Positions 61,643-64,000 of a DNA stretch of 64,000 bases are shown piece after piece. Source of the stretch: Candidatus Daviesbacteria bacterium (GTDB lineage Bacteria > Patescibacteriota > Microgenomatia > Daviesbacterales > UBA10151); the NCBI GenBank assembly GCA_016176335.1, contig JACOXI010000003.1, positions 322,477-386,476 on the forward strand, given 5' to 3'. Numbering within the stretch: position 1 is the first letter of the stretch; each line of letters begins with the position of its first letter. The notes below the pieces were generated by a model that saw nothing but the letters and a program-made list of their open reading frames with translations, had not been told where the DNA came from and searched no databases. A program made the translations under genes and the position numbers.

Positions 61643-63284
61643 TTTTTGGCCGTTCTTTCTTTTGTTGCTTTTTACAACGCTCATTGCATGGCCGATATTT
61701 TTACCCGGTTATTTTTCTCACCATGATGATTTGCAAGTGATGAGGATATTTGAGATGAAAAAATGTATAGATGATTGGCAAATTCCCTGCAGGTGGGTGC
61801 CTGATTTAGGTTTTGGAAACGGTTACCCACTTTTTAACTATTACAATGTTTTCCCTTATTATATAGGTGCAATAGGAAGCTATTTTTTAGGCTTTATCGG
61901 TAGTGCAAAACTGCTTTTTTTCATGGCGGTAACCCTTGCTGGAGTATCCATGTATCTTCTTGCAGAGGAACTTTTTGGCACATACCCTGCTCTTTTGGCC
62001 GCCACTCTTTATATGTTTGCTCCGTACAGGGCACTTGATATTTATGTAAGAGGTGCAGTAGCAGAAAGTTTTTCACTTGCAATCATCCCTCTTGTTTTGT
62101 ATTTTGCCTTCAAACTTACCAAAAAAGATCTGCCAAGATTTAAGATAGGACTTGCTTTATCTTTTGCCGCGTTTTTAACCAGCCACAATATCATGACCTT
62201 GTTGTTTTTACCGGTCATTTCTGCATTTTTTTTGATTTGGTTTTGGAAAAGAGAATTTACGATAGTTAAATCTTTAATTCTTTATCTGTTGTTGGGATTT
62301 GGATTATCCGCTTTTTTTATAGTCCCGGCATTCTTGGAGAAAAATTTGGTACAAATAGATAATTTAGTGAGATTAGAATTGGATTTCAGAGGCCATTTTG
62401 TAACTTTATATCAGTTATTTTTAGACAGAGGGTGGGGGTATGGAGCATCATTCCCGGGAGTTGGTGATACCATCTCGTTTCAAATTGGCTGGCCCCATTG
62501 GTTTTTGGCACTTGGCTCAATTGTCAGCTGGTTTTTTGTAAAGAAGAGGGATTACAAATGGCTCATTCTCTATTGTGCAACACTGCTAATTTTTGCAGGA
62601 TCTATCTTTATGACCCATATACGATCTGCTTTTATTTGGGAGCAAATTGGGATATTAAGATTCACCCAGTTTCCTTGGCGCTTTTTGTCTATTGTAATAT
62701 TTAGTTCAAGTTTACTGGGAGGATTTTTTGTATATAACCTCAAAGAATCTGTTGCTAAAATTGTGACAGTAATACTAATTATAGTTACAGTTTTTTTAAA
62801 CTGGAACTATTTTAAGCCACAGCAGTTCATATTTGATTTAACTGATAAAGAAAAATTAAGCGGGAAACTTTGGGAGACTCAACAAAAGGCTGCTATTTTA
62901 GATTATTTACCAATTCAATCTGTGGAGCCTTTAGAGCCAGCCCCCCCCAAACCGATTATTGTTAAGGGCGATGCAGAGATTAAAAATTTTGAAAACAAAT
63001 CTAACAGATGGCAATTTGAAGCAAATGTTTTTGATTCGTCTGTTGTGGAAGTTCCTGTTTTTGATTTTCCTGATTGGCAAGTATTTGTTAATGGTAAAAA
63101 GATAGACCATTCCAACAAAAATTATCTGGGAAGAATCAGTTTTAATCTAAGCAGAGGGGATTATTTTGTTGTCGGCAAGTTTGAGAATACATTGATTAGG
63201 ACAATTGCCAATATAATCTCTGCTATCTCTATATTGGTTATTATTTTTATTCTTTATGGAAAAATTAGAAAAACTGATAACTAG
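61605..63284 (+). CDS. YfhO-like polytopic membrane protein, paralog
   Basis: GYFSHHDDLQVMRIFEMKKCIDDWQIPCRWVPDLGFGNGYPLFNYY. Clear paralog of 59882-61642. Its start overlaps the upstream gene. Confidence 0.5.
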   Translation: MVKTMVTKKFIFNFWPFFLLLLFTTLIAWPIFLPGYFSHHDDLQVMRIFEMKKCIDDWQIPCRWVPDLGFGNGYPLFNYYNVFPYYIGAIGSYFLGFIGSAKLLFFMAVTLAGVSMYLLAEELFGTYPALLAATLYMFAPYRALDIYVRGAVAESFSLAIIPLVLYFAFKLTKKDLPRFKIGLALSFAAFLTSHNIMTLLFLPVISAFFLIWFWKREFTIVKSLILYLLLGFGLSAFFIVPAFLEKNLVQIDNLVRLELDFRGHFVTLYQLFLDRGWGYGASFPGVGDTISFQIGWPHWFLALGSIVSWFFVKKRDYKWLILYCATLLIFAGSIFMTHIRSAFIWEQIGILRFTQFPWRFLSIVIFSSSLLGGFFVYNLKESVAKIVTVILIIVTVFLNWNYFKPQQFIFDLTDKEKLSGKLWETQQKAAILDYLPIQSVEPLEPAPPKPIIVKGDAEIKNFENKSNRWQFEANVFDSSVVEVPVFDFPDWQVFVNGKKIDHSNKNYLGRISFNLSRGDYFVVGKFENTLIRTIANIISAISILVIIFILYGKIRKTDN

Positions 63285-64000
63285 ATACTGGTTTTTTATA
63301 ATATTAATTTTTTTTATCCCGGCTGTTTGGGCACTTTTTGTGAAAGGATATTTTGGGGCATCGGATGATTTGCATGTTGCTTGGCTTTATGAACTTGATA
63401 GAGCGATTAAATTAGGACAAATCCCTCCGCGTTTTGTTCCGGACTTAAGTTTTGGCTTTGGATATCCTCTTTTTAATTTTGTTTTCCCATTACCCTTTTA
63501 TATCGGGGAGATATTTCATCTTTTGGGATTAACCTTAGTGGATAGTGTCAAGGCGGTTCTTTTTGTAAGCATTCCCATTTCTGGAATATTTATGTATCTG
63601 CTGCTTCGGGAGTTTACAAAAAGCAGGTTTGCCTTTGTTGGTGCAATGCTCTATATTTACGCGCCTTACAGAGCAGTGGATATTTACGTGAGGGGTGCAA
63701 TAGGGGAGGCCTTAAGTTTTATTTTCTTGCCTTTGGTGATACTTGCCATAGTCAAGTTAAAAAGTTCTAAACATTGGAAATGGGCAGGATTGGGGGCAAT
63801 ATCGGTCGCTTCCCTAGTGTTGTCGCACAATATAGCAGCATACATGTTCTTCCCTTTTGTGATTGTGTTTTTTTTCTTACAATTTTTTTCCACAGCAGCT
63901 TGGAAAGCATTTTTCTTAAGATTATTTTTAATGTTTTTTTTGGGTTTTTTGATCAGTATTTATTTTTGGTTGCCGGCACTTTTAGAGAGCAGTCTGCTCA
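63257..64000 (+). CDS. YfhO-like polytopic membrane protein, third tandem paralog (3' end outside window)
   Basis: From ATG 63257: MEKLEKLITRYWFF ... GYFGASDDLHVAWLYELDRAIKLGQIPPRFVPDLSFGFGYPLFNF. The open reading frame continues to the window edge. Confidence 0.5.

Noticed and set aside
1-64000. CRISPR arrays, transposases, integrases, phage genes, toxin-antitoxin pairs
   Set aside because: No direct-repeat/spacer periodicity was found and no ORF with recognisable transposase, integrase or phage structural motifs. The accessory character of the window comes from glycosyltransferase expansion, not mobile elements.

Overview
The window is low-GC (about 35-38 %) and gene-dense, with many 4-nt overlapping start/stop junctions and no obvious transposase or integrase. 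It resembles a reduced-genome Gram-positive-like or CPR/Patescibacteria-type bacterium; that taxonomic reading is inference only. The first ~28 kb is housekeeping and sits mostly on the + strand. It comprises a PfkB sugar kinase, a GlcD-like FAD oxidase, trxB, an L,D-transpeptidase, a D-Ala-D-Ala carboxypeptidase and a cyclophilin. It then carries nrdR, a class II (B12-dependent) ribonucleotide reductase and a corrinoid adenosyltransferase, followed by lon, an H+-pyrophosphatase, a two-component pair, tRNA-Glu(CUC), greA, two HExxH/HExxGH metallopeptidase-like paralogs, lysS, two HD-domain proteins, serS and secA. From about 28.2 kb to the window end at 64 kb lies a very large cell-envelope glycosylation island. 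It contains at least 11 polytopic GT-C-fold membrane glycosyltransferase paralogs of three types (PMT/ArnT-like with a DE motif, a subfamily sharing an F-D/E-L-R/K-H-N/G-F motif, and a YfhO-like tandem array). It also has three GT2 polyprenol-phosphate sugar synthases, two of them fused (GT2-GtrA and GT2-GT-C). Sugar-nucleotide genes are present too: rmlABCD, a GDP-mannose 4,6-dehydratase and a GalE-like epimerase. Inside the island, on the minus strand, sits a division/translation cluster (tsaE, a tandem-domain surface protein, an M23 EnvC-like peptidase, ftsX, ftsE, prfB), which interrupts it. The most interesting signals are listed as findings: the Gtr-like glycosylation system compacted by domain fusions, an M23 domain whose halves appear circularly permuted next to ftsEX, a 5' remnant of rmlB, a structured GC-rich intergenic element, and a poly-C tract inside a YfhO-like gene.
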